Position numbers and translations under genes: made by a program | Part shown: positions 35,301 through 50,300 of the stretch, piece by piece | Position numbering within the stretch: position 1 is the first letter of the stretch | Layout: each line of letters begins with the position of its first letter | Assembly: GCA_964106915.2 (NCBI GenBank) | Contig: OZ066918.1 | Source: Podarcis gaigeae | Taxonomy: Eukaryota | DNA length: 64,000 bases | Direction: 5' to 3' (one strand) | The notes under the pieces: generated by a model | Databases searched by the model: none | Told to the model about the DNA's origin: nothing | The model's input: the letters and a program-made list of their open reading frames with translations, nothing else

Positions 35301-38300
35301 TTTGCTGGGTGGTAAGAACTTCTGTTAACTGGCAAGAAAGGTTTTGTTTGGTGGCTTAGCCATTGGTAAAGTCGTAATCTGGCAGCAATGTGAAACAAAG
35401 GCTTGTTTACAAAACACTGATGAAACAGAATATCCTTACAAGTGGAGAAAACCTACACTGGGATTGAGCAACTTGTGATCCTCCAGATGTTTTTGGACTT
35501 CCAACTCACATCACGCCCCAGCCAATATGGCCAATGGTCAGGAATAATGGAAGTTGTGGTACATCTGGAGGGCCACAGGTTTCCCAACCCTGACTTGCTC
35601 CAGCACTAATCTATATGAAAAGCCCAGGAAGTACATCAGCCAAATGGTTATACAGTGGTACCTTGTTTTGAGTCTGGGTTCCGTTCTGGAGCCCCAGATG
35701 CTCAATGAAAGGGACACTCAACAAAGCACTGCTCTGTGCATGTGTGCGGAGCGGTTTGCGCTTCTGCACATGCGGCAAACCCAGAAGTAACCCTTTCCGG
35801 TACTTCCGGGTTTACAATGGACATTTGCCGAAATGGACGTTCGATGTTCGTGGAGGTATTACTGTATTTGTTAGGCATGATAGCTCAGTTGGTTAGAGCA
35901 TGGTGCTGGTAATGCCAAGGTTGCACTGCAGGGGGTTGGACTTGATGATCCTCAGGGTCCCTTCCAACTCTACAATTCTAAGTGTTAGCCTTCTCTTCTC
36001 AGGCAACTGACCAAGGCAAAGGAGCCACTGGATTCTGCTAGCTGAGACTTAAAATGCTTTGTAGGGTTGAAGCTGCTACGAGACATAAAGTACTTAAATA
36101 ATTTTAAAGCCTTAAGTAGCTGGGCTGGAGGAAGTTTAAGGTGAAACATATGCACAAGAACCAGTCTTTGTTTTCATCAGTTGTGTGGAAGAAAAGAAAA
36201 AGACAAATTACTCGCTAAGTTTGCCAGCCAGTTCTTGGAGAGCTTCTTCTTGATCATGGCATAGATTTTTCAACTGCTTGTTCTTTTCTTGTAATTTTAG
36301 GAACTCCTGAAAGACAAAGAAAACATTAACACTGTCAATAGCTTCTCTGAAGAGTTGTAAAACATTTCTATTTGGGCTGGCTTTAAAAACTGGAATTACA
36401 TCAGAGATGGGCAGCCTGTGGCATTTTAGTTGTTGTTGGGCTCCCAGCTCCCATCAGCTCCAACCACCATAGCCAAAAGACAGGGATTACAGTTATTTTA
36501 TTTTAAGGCTGCTGACATACAGGAGGCTGAGCTACATAGGAATCATGCTCCCATTGTCATACAAGCTTGTCCAAGATTAGGGGGAAACAGTCCTCTCAGT
36601 TTGTAGCAGAAACAGGCTGAATACACTGTGCTGATTGTTGGTGTTTGTAACATTACAAACTCACTCATCCTACTGCCGGAGCAGTGTTGCAACACTTTTA
36701 AAACTTGGTTTTATGTAGTGGTAGGAATGCAAAGACGAATGTTTAAATTAAAAGGCTTTCATTCTGTGCTTGATGAGGGAGTAGGGAAGAGGCAAGAGAG
36801 TTGTCCTGAAGACTGGGAGGAGCAGGGAAGTAAACAGACACTTGGAATCGGCATTTGATTTGTTGATAGGTCCATCTCTTGAAAGGATTTGCAAAGGCAG
36901 GGGAAGTTAGGCTCGTACTGTGTGAGAAAAGCACCATGGTGAATCCTGTTTAAAAGTACATCTGTATATACCAAGTGTTCTAATGGGTATGTCTAGCAAA
37001 TGGCTTTAACGAATTTTGGTTTCCCCATTCTTGGGATGCAATAAGATTTGAATTCAACGAAATACCTTTCATATGCAAGTCTCAACTGATACAATCTTAA
37101 AACCTCTTTAGTCCACTGTATATCACAGTGGCTTTGGATATAGCAATAGCTGAGCAAACAGGAAGTATTATTTAAATTTCCTGTTCACCATGCTTCCTTG
37201 TAATCTGAGTGTATGGGATGGCTTATCTCCTGTAATGATAATGATCTCTTAAGACCAACCAACAGTACTTCTACCTCGGAAGAAAGAACCTCCAGATCTC
37301 TGAGCACTTGCATACAGCTTCATGGGATAACAATGAAAGTACAGCTTACATAATCAGTAAAATTTTATGAAATTTTGCTGCAGAATTTACTTTTTTAAGA
37401 GTAATGATTTGTTGGGTCTCTGTCTTCAAGGACGATGATGTTTCTTTTTCCCTTTTAAGATCTTCTTCCATAGTTTGTCGCCATTCTCTTTCTATTTTCA
37501 AATCTGTTTCCAGCTGGCCACTAGAAATACAGAATATAAAAATGTAATTCAAACAATTATACGTTTTAATTGACCTACTGCAATTGCACAACTATGAAAT
37601 AATTCAACACTGTAAACATTTTACATGTGTTAATTATAATAAAGATTTACTTATTTCCTTTTAAAATGTTTTATATTATTCTGTGTAGAAGACTTCTGCA
37701 AAAATAAGTGATAGGAAAAAATAAGCAAATTAACTATTATTTGACAAAAAGGTTATGAAGAAGGCTATCTTAAAATCTGATTCAAACTTCACCAAGATTC
37801 ATTGATCCCTCCCAATCTCCCTTTGGAACCAGGTTAAAAGCATTTAACCGAATTTTAACAGAATGCTTTCAGAATAAGGATAAGATGGTTCTGTTGTTCT
37901 TTATGATCTAGATATCTATCTACTATCTGACTGGTGTTGTTTTAAGGTGGTGGTATATTTTATTATATTGCAAGCAGCTTTGGGTAAAAACAGCAGGATA
38001 TACATTTTAAAAATAAAATAATTACATAAATCCAGCTCAAATTACCTTAAACGGGTACTGTGATGGGAGAGCTGCATCTAGCCCTCGAGGAGTGCACACG
38101 GTTGCTTAAGGGTCAAACTAAATAATATGTGAAATGTGTAACTGCATTTCATGCATTGTAGTTGTTTTAATAGCCATGATAAGCCCAATCCAGGTTAGGA
38201 CTATTGTATTACAGATATGTAAAGTGCAATTGCCTATGTCATGTACTGAGCAGTTTGGCCCTAACAATGCCCAATTGTTAGGCAAGTTAGTAGATGAGCA

Positions 38301-41300
38301 CTGCTCCCCAAATGAGAGAACACTCAGTCCTGGATGAGGCCCAGACACTCCCTCACCTTCTAGGACTCTTTATTTCTGGTTTGGAGCAAGCGATGTGAAC
38401 AAAACGATGTTTTCAATAGCAGAAAAATATTAATAGGACAGCCCTTGTGAGTATGCATATCAGGGCAACATTTCCCCAAAGTTAAACTAGTTTCCTGAGC
38501 TCAAAGCAGCAAGATATTAAAAGCAAACCCAAAAGGGGCGTTCTCCTGTGCCGTATGGCAAACTTAGGGGAATTTCATTTTTTTTTAATAAAATTTTTAT
38601 TAAGGGTTTTTACAGAATAAAGTACAAAGACAATAAACAACCTTACTTTTATCTCAACAGAGTTTCATAGCTTCTTTGGACTTCCTCACATCTCCCGCTG
38701 CCATTTTCATCATCATAGATTTTTTCAAAACTTAGGGGAATTTCAAAAGGAGATTGCTATGGGGCAACAGGTTCAGCTGTTCAAATAAAGTCTACTTGGC
38801 TTGCTCAAACACCTTGCATGAGCCTAAACAGGTATTTGAATCCCAGCACAGAAGTTCTGCATTCTATAAAACTACTAGATCAGGCAGATGAATTTACGAT
38901 CAGCTTACTTAGTCTGTTCTTCCAACATGCACCATGTAGCCATTCTGTGGTGACACATGCAGCTCTAAAACTTCTGATCTGTAATTCATCTGGATTTAGC
39001 TTTCCACTTTAATGACATTCAAAATGGGAGGGGACACACATGTTAGAATATATGCTATCTTCTCCCCCACAAATACTTTACTTACACTTGCTTTTCCTTT
39101 TGAGTAATATCTTTCTGCAGACTTTCAGATTTACTCATATAGTCTTGCTTAAATTTCTTGTCTTCACTCTCTGCCTCCATTTGAGCCTTCTCTGCTTGTT
39201 GTAATCTGGTGTAATTCAAATCAACTTTGGGTAAAACTGAAGCTAGAATTTGGGTGTAAAGGGTGAAGAAGACAAATAAAAGGAAAAAAATGGGGAAATA
39301 GAAACATTTCTAAATGAAAACAAAGCTTGGGGTAAACTCACAAACTCAAATGAGAGACCCAGACAATGCCAAGAAATCCAAATTCTTTTTCTCACTACAA
39401 CAATATTTTAAAAAATCCATACATTTATCCAATTTTTTTTATTTAGTATTCATGATTAACAGATGCCATCAATGCAGAGCCATACAGATTTTTTTATTCA
39501 TACATACAGAGCTGTGACTGTGCCTTTGTGTGTTTTTGCATGAATTCTTTAAAAAAAATTTAAAAAATCCCAAACCCTGTAAACTAACTGTTCCTTAACT
39601 ACACAAATCTATCAACACTACAAAATGGGAAAACCAGTGCACTAAATGGTCTGATATAATTCAGAACACAAAAATATTGTAATCAAGGTGCCACAAGCAA
39701 TGCCATGTTAAATCAACACAACACACACCAAATAATGTAACTGTGTGTCTACTATGGTGTGCATGGTGTAAATGAGAGCATGTAAATAATCTAAGTACTT
39801 GCTCCCAATATGGCAGGTTTTGGGGTGGTGTCTGGATTGGTGATGGGTGTAATGTAATTTGTTTTTTGAGCTCCCACACCTGTTAAGGTGTGCTTTTGTT
39901 CATTTCCACAGAAGAGGATGCTACATCAGAAAGGCCAAATGTGGCTATAATTCACCAAGTACTATTTGTTGTGCACTCTCCATTTATTACAGTAGAGTTT
40001 GTGCAAATCTAAGTATACTATGGTAAGATATTCAAAATGGACAAAATATCAGGCCTTAAAAAAATAATTCTGTGTAACTCAAAAGATTGTCACCTTATTT
40101 TGCTAGTATCTGAACCATTCTGCATCTAATCTTCAAACTTCACCAAACATAGAATAAAAAGCATGCTAGCTGAAATTAAAGTAGATTTCTATTTAACATT
40201 TCAAAAGTTGTAGCATTGCAATTTCTTTTTTTAAAAAAGTTAATTCCAACTGGCAACTAACAAAATACGTTGGTGAGTTCAGTGTCAGAGATCTATGTTA
40301 AAATATTGACCAATTTGAATGCCAAAATTATTTTGCTACATTTAGAGCCTGATCCATAACCTATTTAAGCCAAAATACATGGGCAAATAGGCTTAAAAGC
40401 AAGGTTAAAAAAAATCCTACAAATTTTACTCCTTTAAACTATTTCAAGACACATGGAGGATCTTTCAAAATGATATATCTTTAACAAGCTTGTACTGATG
40501 CTGCCCTTCATTGCTGGCACATTTTACTAAGGACATTGCAATAGTCCTGGTTTGCGTTAACAATTCTTTGTCACTTCAGATGTGCAATGGATAAAAAATT
40601 AAAGACAAATAAAGGTAATAAAATATTCAGAAACACAGAAGTTGGGATAAAGGAGAAAAGAAAAAGAAAAAGAGGAAGAAGGATGTCAATAAAAGAATAT
40701 TCATGCCACAAACGTTTTAATACATAATTATGTTTTGTTTGTTTGTTAAGTAGACTGAAAAGAAAAACAATGGCAAGACATGTCAACAGCCACATGATGA
40801 GGCTATGAATGTTAACAACATCTGAGATTCAACATTGCTCAAACAGGTGCCTGTTTGTGCAGCGGGCAGCTTCTTCCTGTCCTGCCCCCTGCAGTCCTCC
40901 GTGTGGCCCAAAAATATACTCTGTAGGAGTGGAGGAGCACACAAAGCAGATTTGGGGTGGGAAAGGGGGAGCTGGAGGGGGGAGAAAAGTAACTGGAAGT
41001 CCCATTGTACAAGCAGTAGATGTCACCCATTAAAAAAAATAATTAAGAGAAGCAAAGCATGTAAACATACTTCTGTATTCATAATAAATGACATACATGT
41101 TACATGTCATTTTTTTAGTATACATATATGTATAGCCTCAGAGTTACTTTAGAAGCATCCATTGTCTCATGCACCATCTACAAGACTTTTTACTTCTTTT
41201 TTATTTTAAAAAATGACAATATCACAAACTGCTTTTGAAACTCTCTTTTTGTTTCAAAAGGTGATTTTTCCTGAGCTGGGGAAGGAGAAGATGCTGCTGA

Positions 41301-44300
41301 AGACATACAATACTTCCCCCGCCCCCACAAAAAATTCCCATCTATTGAGGACATGGAGGTAGTTTCAGGATTCTTTGGGACTCGACCCTACACACTTACA
41401 CTCAGAATGGAAGAATGTTTTCAATTTAAATGGAAGAGTATTTCCAAATGATTTTTCCCCAACTGAATATATGGGCCAACAAATAATTCTAAGAGTCTGC
41501 ACACATCAAGTGCCTAACTAGATGAGACAAAAGAATATCTAAACCAAAATCCTGTTTTGTTTTATGTGTGTGGTTTTAAAGCAACCATGGAGGTGAAATG
41601 GCTGTGGCACTGGAGGAAGCAAATTATTCCACTACATGATTTGTCCAACCGAAATCCCCTCAAGCATATTTTTCTTGCTACCCGCTGCCTTGCAGGACAT
41701 CTTTAGGAGAGGAAATTGCTAAGGAGTAAATCCTACACAAATTTGGAGTAGACCCTAAGACAGTGGGATGGAGCCTTGCATGCCTCCTTCCGGCAATTCC
41801 TGTAGCATATCTGGTGCCAAACGTATTGCTCTGCTGTCCTTTGGACCACATTAGCGAGGCTGTCTGGCCATCCCAGGACCTCCATACACACTGCCCAGAC
41901 TTGCATCCCACAAGTGTCACTTTGGTGCTGCAAGAACACAGCAAGAACATGGGAGGCAGCAGTTACAAGTTACTGGTCTCTGCAGTCGCAGCAGGCACTG
42001 CGATTCTCCAGCAGTTTGACTTCACCCCTGGAGGTGCACTCTATTGTCTCATGAGACAGATGGATGCCAACAAATATTTTTATTGGGGTGCAAAAACCTT
42101 TGAGAAGGTTAGATCAAGAAAACAGTGTGAAGGAAAGCTTTTTTTAAGATCTTCAAGGGCACAGCACCAAACACATTACCAGGACCACTACAGTGCTCAA
42201 ATTGCAGGGAGTCAGAGGGAGCTTGCCCTTTTCCTTGCCTTTTTGTGATGGTTTCCATACTACTGTTTTTGGAAGGCTGCAGACAGCACCATTTTGCAAA
42301 TCTGGAGTGAGGACATGGGATGGGGTTTGGGAATTGGCTCAGGGTCTCCTCTGCCTTTCTTATCACTAAGCTGAGCATGGTCCCTAAAGCTACTTTTAAA
42401 AGACAATTCAATCACAGATCTCCTATTGTCTCAACTAGTTTAACATTTAGCTTCAAATGTATGAGTAAGAAATCAGAAAAGTTACTTTAGTCAACTGGGA
42501 CTTTGCTGGATAGATATAATATGCAAAAGGGGGGGTAGAAATTCTGAAACAGCTAGCAAGGAGTCAAATAGGTTATCTCAGGCACACAAAAATAAGGGAA
42601 TTGAAATATGCATTCAAAGAACCTAAAAAAGCGTAAAAAAACACATTTTGATCCTTCAAAACAAAGTCATATCTCAGTGCCTACTATATGAGAATGTGGC
42701 AACTGAAGCAGAAGAAATGAGTCTGAGGGGGAGTGGAGAAGCAGAATAAAAGAAGATGCTGTACCTTTGCTCCAACTGCTTCATAGTTGCTGTAATCTGA
42801 TCGGTTTTATCTTCAAGTCTGCCAATGATTTCGTTCTTTTCTTTCAGCGCATCATCTGAAACCTATGATATAAGAGTGATTATTATATTGCAACACTATA
42901 TAACTTGAGTATTAACAAGTGAGCAATAATAAAATCTACAGTCTGGATGTGTAGTTTTTTTCCTTCCTTTCCTCTCCATTAGAAATTGCTCCCTCTTGCC
43001 CAGCCTTGGACAGTAAACTCTCTAAAGTAACCCTCACCACACTGCTAGTGCTGCATTGATGTGCAGCAGCAGTAGTAGGAACTTACTTTCAGGTAAGCAG
43101 CCCAATCTTCAGGAGGAGGAAATTGACAAAAGGCTTATCTTTCTAAATTCCCCTTTTTCTTATACCCCACAAGGGCTACTAAAAGTGGAACTTTAAAAGC
43201 AATTTGGTGGTGGGTGGCTTGTGGCTAAAACCACTATTGCCTTCCTTTCTAGTTTATGAGGTAGAAACAATCAGAGATGATGGAAGTCTTTCCCCTCAGT
43301 AAGGTTATTAAGCTGGCTCTGTCTCCTGGTCTGAAGCAAATGAGGATGACATGCAACAGTGCATGAGTGGGTTGCCACCGACACAATGGGATTGCCCCTT
43401 CCTCCCCATTGCGACCTCTGTTCTCCTGAGGAGGGAATCCCAAACCTCAGGAGCAGTTTGTGGGATCATGCAAGGGACAGGAGAGTACATTATGTTATAT
43501 GAGTGAGAGTCTGCAGTTGCTGGCAGGCTGAAAACAGAGGATATCAGCCAAAGCCTCCTCATCCTGATGGTCAATTTGCTCCTATGCTGAGAAAGCAGCT
43601 GTAAGAATAACTGCCATCCATTGATATTCAAAGCTAGTTCTCAAAAGGACAGGTGGGCCTCCCTAGAGGGGGAAAGAGTATTGCTTAAAAATTGTAGTTC
43701 GTTTAGCTTCCAGTTGCAAACAGTAAAATGTTCTTACTTGTAGCTTTTTGTACATTTCTACATTTATTCCTTTGACTTCCTCCAACTGTTGCCGCAGGCT
43801 TATAAGAGTGTCTTGTTTTTCATGTATATCCTTCTCCAACAACTTCATTGCAAGTTCTATCTCATGCTTCATACCAACTTGAACCATCAGCTCATTCTCT
43901 ATATCCTACAAAATACAAAGAAGTGCACAGATATCAAATGCATTAAGGTAGGAAAATATGGTGATAGAAGACAAGACAGCTTACATGCCTCTGGATATAC
44001 AAGTTCCCACTGCTTCCATAGCATATCTGATATACACTCACTTGTCTCAACTGTGATTCTTCTCGAAGCTGCCTATGTGCTTCATTGTACATGTCATCCA
44101 GGCTTTGTCTGGAGTGCTTGTATGTCTGAAGTTCTGCTTCAGCATCCACTTTGTTCACCTACAAGTAAGGAATTCATGCTTAGATCACTTTCCCCCAGAG
44201 CCTATCTTCATGCGGGGGAAACAGATAAGGGTATTGTAGAATGACACTCTCTGACTCAGTAAAACACATGTTGACAGAATCAGTGCTCCCTCAAATGCCA

Positions 44301-47300
44301 CATATTACATGGAGCCAAACCCAAATTTTACAAGCTTGTGCTTCACTGGCAGCTGCAGTCAATTTTGGCTCTCTAAAGATGAAGAGTATGTCTATACGAC
44401 ACACAAGCTTCTGAACATCTGTTAATCTCATTCTCCTTTTTACATTTTGAGGTACACACTTAAAAATAAAACGTAGCCACACACCTAAAATGTGTGTTAG
44501 CCCTCATTGAGATATTTTGCAGCATTTTTTCCTAACTATGTTTGTATTTCTGTAAGCCTTGGAGTTCCCTCAAGCCTACTGATACCTCCCCTCTTGTGTG
44601 GTGGTATTGCTGTTTCAACTATATAAGCAAAGGAACTCACAGTTGGAACACCAGTAACTGAAGGAACAAATAGGATCTGAAACAAAATATCAGAGTGGAA
44701 TGTTCCTGTTCAGGTTTCCAACCACTCCATTCTATCTCCTCCCACTTTTCTATTTCGCCCTGAAAGTCAACAATCTGTACTCACTAAGCATGCTCAGTTC
44801 TTATTGGAGTCCACCCCCCACCCCAACTTAAGGTTCCTCCCTCCAAAGCTTTTTCAAATCATTGGTTTCCCCTTAGCTTAGTGAGGCCATTTTGGCCACA
44901 TAAGGACAGGCACTCAGACGATGAGTTTGTTATTTGTATTTATGATAGGGTCCTCTAGTATGTCAAATAGCCCAAGATAGTGCAACATGCCAGAATTTAC
45001 TGCTGATTCTGCAATGGCTGTGTTGCTACCTACTCTTTGATAGGACACTCACCTATCATATTTTACTTGAGCCAGTTTAGAGAGAGCACATGCACACACA
45101 AAAAGCAAAGGCAGCCTCTTTACTAATATTGCTTTGTACCGCATATTATATTTCCTTTGGAAATAGAACTCTCATACCTCTAGATGATGCTGTGTTTTCA
45201 TTAAGATGAGTGTATTTTCACTTCGCAAGTGATGATTTTCTTCTTGAAGTTTAATTATATTATTTTTGGCTATTGCTAACTAAGAAAGAAGTGGAACAAA
45301 AAAAGCAAAAAGATTCAGGTGAACAATAATAGGAAAACAAAAATATTTCAACACACACAGACAGAACAGAAAGATAGTATTGGTCATATGCATTGCTAAA
45401 AGTCCATACCTCTTCAATTAGTTTAGTGTTTGACTTCTCTAGCGAATCAACGCGTGTATGGAGACTGCTGACTGTGCTACTGAAAATAGTAAAGAGAACC
45501 TCATTCAAAATTACACATCAAATCCTACAAGTACAAATAGTACTATGCAATTTACTTAACATTCTAGTGCCTATTTGGGTGTCCACTGATCAGTAGAGTT
45601 GGAAAGCACATCTTCCACCATACATCTTTCAAGAAGATAAATGCACTAGCTTTATTTTATTGCCATCATCATATTTGTATTCCTTGAAATGACATTTGCT
45701 ATCACTCTAAATGTCCATTATGTAACTGCTAACTTTCATTCTTTCTTTCATCTCTCATCTCTCATCTCTTTAGAGAAGTCCTCAGCACCACCTCGTCTCA
45801 GTGGCTCTAGCAGCCTTTTCTTATAACTTAATAACAAGCCCATGCCACTCTAAGAACAAATATTTAAAGTCTTAAGAGTAAAATTCTGCCCACATGTTAA
45901 CATTGCTCTTTTGCACCGCAGTCCTAATTTTAGTTACTCATAATTAAATCCCATGGAGTTCAATGGGACAAGGGCAGTGCTATATGCTATGATTTTTGCA
46001 GAAAACATCAGTGTTATACTGGTGATTTCAAGCCAAAGACAAAAAGTATGAATGGAAAATATGCATGAACATACAACTTTACACATCCATGTACACATAC
46101 ATTAAAGAGAAACGTACACAGGTGTTTGAAAAAGTATGCTTGCATATAGTTTGCCTTTGCATGTTACATCCTTCCTGTGCAAAATACCAGTTTAACACAA
46201 ATGATTCCCACAATAGTTGGAAATTACAGCAATATCCTTACTCCCAAGAAAATATGTTTAGGACTGCGATCTTAGTCCCCTTCATAAAGAACAGCAAGAC
46301 TGAAAGTATCAAATTTCAGGATTTGTACCAAGCTAATTTGAATAATAAACTCCTCTTACTTTGCTCACATTTAAAATAATAGCCTATTTAACAGACAAAA
46401 CACTTGAAACATTAGTCTTCCAACAGCTTCATTCACTCTAGACTCCCTTTCAGTAGCTATATGATGCAACCATTAAACTAAGCCAAATACAACTAAAAGG
46501 ATTTCAGTGCCATCTACTGTACCAGAAAAGGCATGTTTTTATCGGAATTACTTTTTTAAAAGATGATGCCTCTATATGGATTCAACAGATGCTTCTGTAA
46601 ATACTTACTTCAGCTGCCTGTTTAGTTCTTCAACATAATTCTTTTGATCCAATATAGCAGCAATATGGTCATTTCTAAAGAGATGAAAACATATTTAATT
46701 AGACATTTATCTGACACCATATATGCAGGGGTGGAGGAAGGAGGGTGCAGTGTGGGGGTGGAGCACCCCGGGTGTCACCACTGAGGGGGGTGACAAAATG
46801 CAGGGCGGCACTCACCGCATTGCCTGCAGCACTCCCGAGCCACGCGTCTCTCCTGGGAGTGACGCAGTGGCTTGTGCACCCGAAGGCTCCGCGTTGACCC
46901 AAATGGTCTGCCCACTATCTCCCCCTCAGCTGTAGGGCGGCCGAGTGGGAGGAGGCATCAACAATACAGAACAACAAACCCCCATGTTACAAACTTAACA
47001 CAACAAACAATACAAGCAACATGCAGGCCAGTATACTAGATAGCACTGTAATTCTTATTACATAATATACATGACTTAGTAACAAAAACAAAATGTGTGC
47101 ACTTGTAAATTCTCTAATATATTTGAAATCAATTGAACACATGTCTGTCAATCTTTGAAAGTCCATAGAAGTATAATAAGTCTATGGTTGAAACAAAGTA
47201 ATAGATACTATCCTGTGGGCTAAGCGGTAAAACTTTTTAGGTGAAATTCCAAATAAAAAATTGGGGCCACACTATAGGTGCACTCCTGGTTCCTCTTTCC

Positions 47301-50300
47301 AGCCACTGCTTGAATTTGGCGCTTTTTCCTGTCGCTCTGCACAGCAACAGAAAAAGGCACCACACTAAAGCTAGAGAAGAATCCAGAGTGCGTCCTTGAT
47401 GTCATGTGACATCTTTACACACCTGTCAACATGGGCTGTGGACGGTGGACCAGTTCCTCATCTATCCCCTTGGCCAGATCCACTTTCCTATCTCTGACAG
47501 GAGGAGAAAGGCAAAACAAATAAGGAAAGAAAAGGGGACTCAGAAGAGCAGGGACCTGACTTCAAATGTCTGAAGCAGGAATTATCACCATTGTCAATCT
47601 GCATTCAGTTTGCAGAGGTTCCAGTAAAAGAGGATCAGATGTTCATATATTTGTCCTCTCATTGATCCTAGCAAAACAAAGCAAGTTGATCCACCCTGAT
47701 CCTTTTACCTCACACTTCTGCTTCTTGCCCTTAGGGAGCCTGGCAGAAAAACACAAAACCCTCTTCAAAGCATTTAATGTACTTCTTTATTAGAAATGTT
47801 AAAACATACCTTTCTTTGCTTTCAATATCATCTTCATTCTTTAAATACATAGAGAAATCAATCACACCAACCTAAGAAGAAATAGATTTATTCACATTTT
47901 GTATTTTATTTTTATTTTTAAAAAGGAAAAGCGGGCTTGGTCTTTACTTCACTGATGTTACTGGAAATGTGCAATGAAGCCTTATACATACTGTAGGAGA
48001 GCATGAGCACAACAGGCCTTACATCATTGGTAATGACAAGCTTTCATTCAAAGCTGTATCATCTATGCTTCAGTCCCCCATCCCCCCGTTTCAACAACCC
48101 TTTTAGGGTAAAGATTACTAACCCAGATGCATTTCCTCTTTCAAGCAGTCACATATTTATACTTCTGCAGTAATACAGTTTGAAGGCTTTATGCAGAACT
48201 ATTTCCAATCTTTGGAGACTTTCTGGATAATCAAGCAAAAAGGAAAACAAGCAGCTAGGTTGCACTTTTATGGTTTTTGTAACCAAGCCAAAAGCTTTCT
48301 AATAAAGGAACCGATTCATGTAAACTCCATCACTATTCCTCTGCAGAAGAAACAATTCATTAATCAGGCCTTTAATTGCGTTTCAAAGGAAATAAGTGTG
48401 TTTTGTTTAGGGAATAGCCAACTGCCTTTCCATTTAACTCTTCAAGCTAAATAAGAAACTTTTTTTTTCTTTTAAGAAAACACATTACAACTTTTAATAC
48501 TCTGCATTCAGATCCATCAGTTCAATATTTCCCCCATCATTTCATAAAAAAACACCTTTAAGGCAAAAGTATGAGATCATAGCTTTATATTTACTTACTT
48601 GTGAATCCAAGTCTTCTCCTTTTACACAAAGATTTGCATCAATTACATTTAACCCAACGAGCAAGCCAACGATAACTGCTCCTTCTTCTTCCATCATCAG
48701 TGCATGATATTCATAAAATTCACTGGAAAATGCATTTTTTAAAAAACTCCGTAACTTATTTTAACATACTTTGAATCAATTTTTAACTGCTGGTCAATCA
48801 GTAATTTATTTTATTTTCAAATCTTTTAAAGATTGACTTCACCGATACTCCAAGGTGGTTAAAAGTTTGGAGCAACATACTGAATATACCAACTAAAGTG
48901 GCAACTTATACAGAATCTAAGTTTTCTCAAGAAAATAAAATGAAATGGGAAAGGTCCACCATAGTATGAAATGGCATCTGGTCTGCAACAGGGCTTTTCC
49001 TTCTTCTTCAATCCCCAATCCCCCCACCCCCGCTCTGGAGAGTTCAGGGACCCTCTGGAACAAATTTTGGGGGTGCACAAGGGGTGGAGAGGAAATGAGA
49101 AGAGAAACTGGAAGTCAACTTCAGTTACGAAAGAAAATTAGGTGCTCAGATAAGAAACGCAAATGCAAACCAAGTCAAGAACCAAGTTTTAACTTTACTG
49201 TCATATTACTTAGCAATAGCTATAGTAAAATGTAACATAATTGTACAAATCTGGTAGCAATTACAGCACTGACCTTAATTTATCCTATAAAAATCTGAAT
49301 GGACACTCACCCAAGCAATTCCTTCTGAAAGATGAGACATCGTAGATAATCAGCCATCTTTTTTTGCATAAGTGCCAATCGTAACCAAGCTCGGGCACGT
49401 CCTAGTGGAGTCCTAGTTTTAAAAAAAGGAATAGCTCAGAAAACAAATATCTGTTGGCCAGGATTATTGTCCAAAATGGAACAGATCTTTATTGGCAACA
49501 TAACTTACTTGAGACCAGGCAAATCTCTAACACTAGCAGCGATTTCCTCAGCTTCTGGGTACAACTTTTCCACAAGCTCCAGAGGACCCCATATTGTTTT
49601 ATTGTAACTGAGAAAAGACTTTTTTACTAGAAGGAAAATATAATATTTTTACATTTTAAACTTGGCTTTATACTTTAATAGAGCTGTTATCTAGATGGCA
49701 CTATAAAAGTTATTTCTAGGTAAACCATATCAGAGTGCAAGGAACATTTGTAAGCATGGTTAATATTCAACACATACAGTATCAGCATATTTAATCTATT
49801 GCACCTAAGATTCTCTAAAACCATTGCAGCCAACTGTGAAATGAATGTTATAAGAACACCAAGGACAAAATAAGGCAAAACAAAGAAGAATCTGCAAGTT
49901 GAAGTTACATATCCCAGGAAGCCAACAAAGAAGAGAAACAGCAGGGACTTGCAGGACTCCAAAGAAGTAAAAAAATTCTGTAAAATAAATTAGAGGGTTT
50001 CTTCAGTTGCCCACATCAGTATTAATGAATCCAAGTGGGGAAGCACATAGATTCCCCCTTGGATTGACTGAGGTGAGGGAAGTCTACAGTGTGCATCCTG
50101 GATCCATGAACATGAACATAGGCCGGCTAATACAGTGGTACCTCAGTTTAAGAACAGTCCTCTTTACGAACGATTCAGTTTATGTACTCTGCAAAACTCC
50201 AAATAGCGTCCTGGTTTGCGAACTTGACGTCGGTCTAAGAATGGAATCTGAATGGTGGAAGGGAACCAGCGGTGGGAGCCCTCATTAGGGAAAGCACACC

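Noticed and set aside
35873-35930. tRNA-like sequence
   Set aside because: Only a 5' half is present, with no T-arm or acceptor stem, and it is fused to a CR1 tail. It is a SINE, not a tRNA gene.
40571-40795. Hydrophobic 74-aa ORF resembling a membrane peptide
   Set aside because: It translates the T-rich pyrimidine tract upstream of the RUFY2 alternative terminal exon.
41763-42248. 161-aa plus-strand ORF in a RUFY2 intron
   Set aside because: No recognisable domain, splice context or promoter. Probably chance or a decayed repeat.
43789-44244. 151-aa plus-strand ORF
   Set aside because: Antisense shadow of two RUFY2 coding exons.
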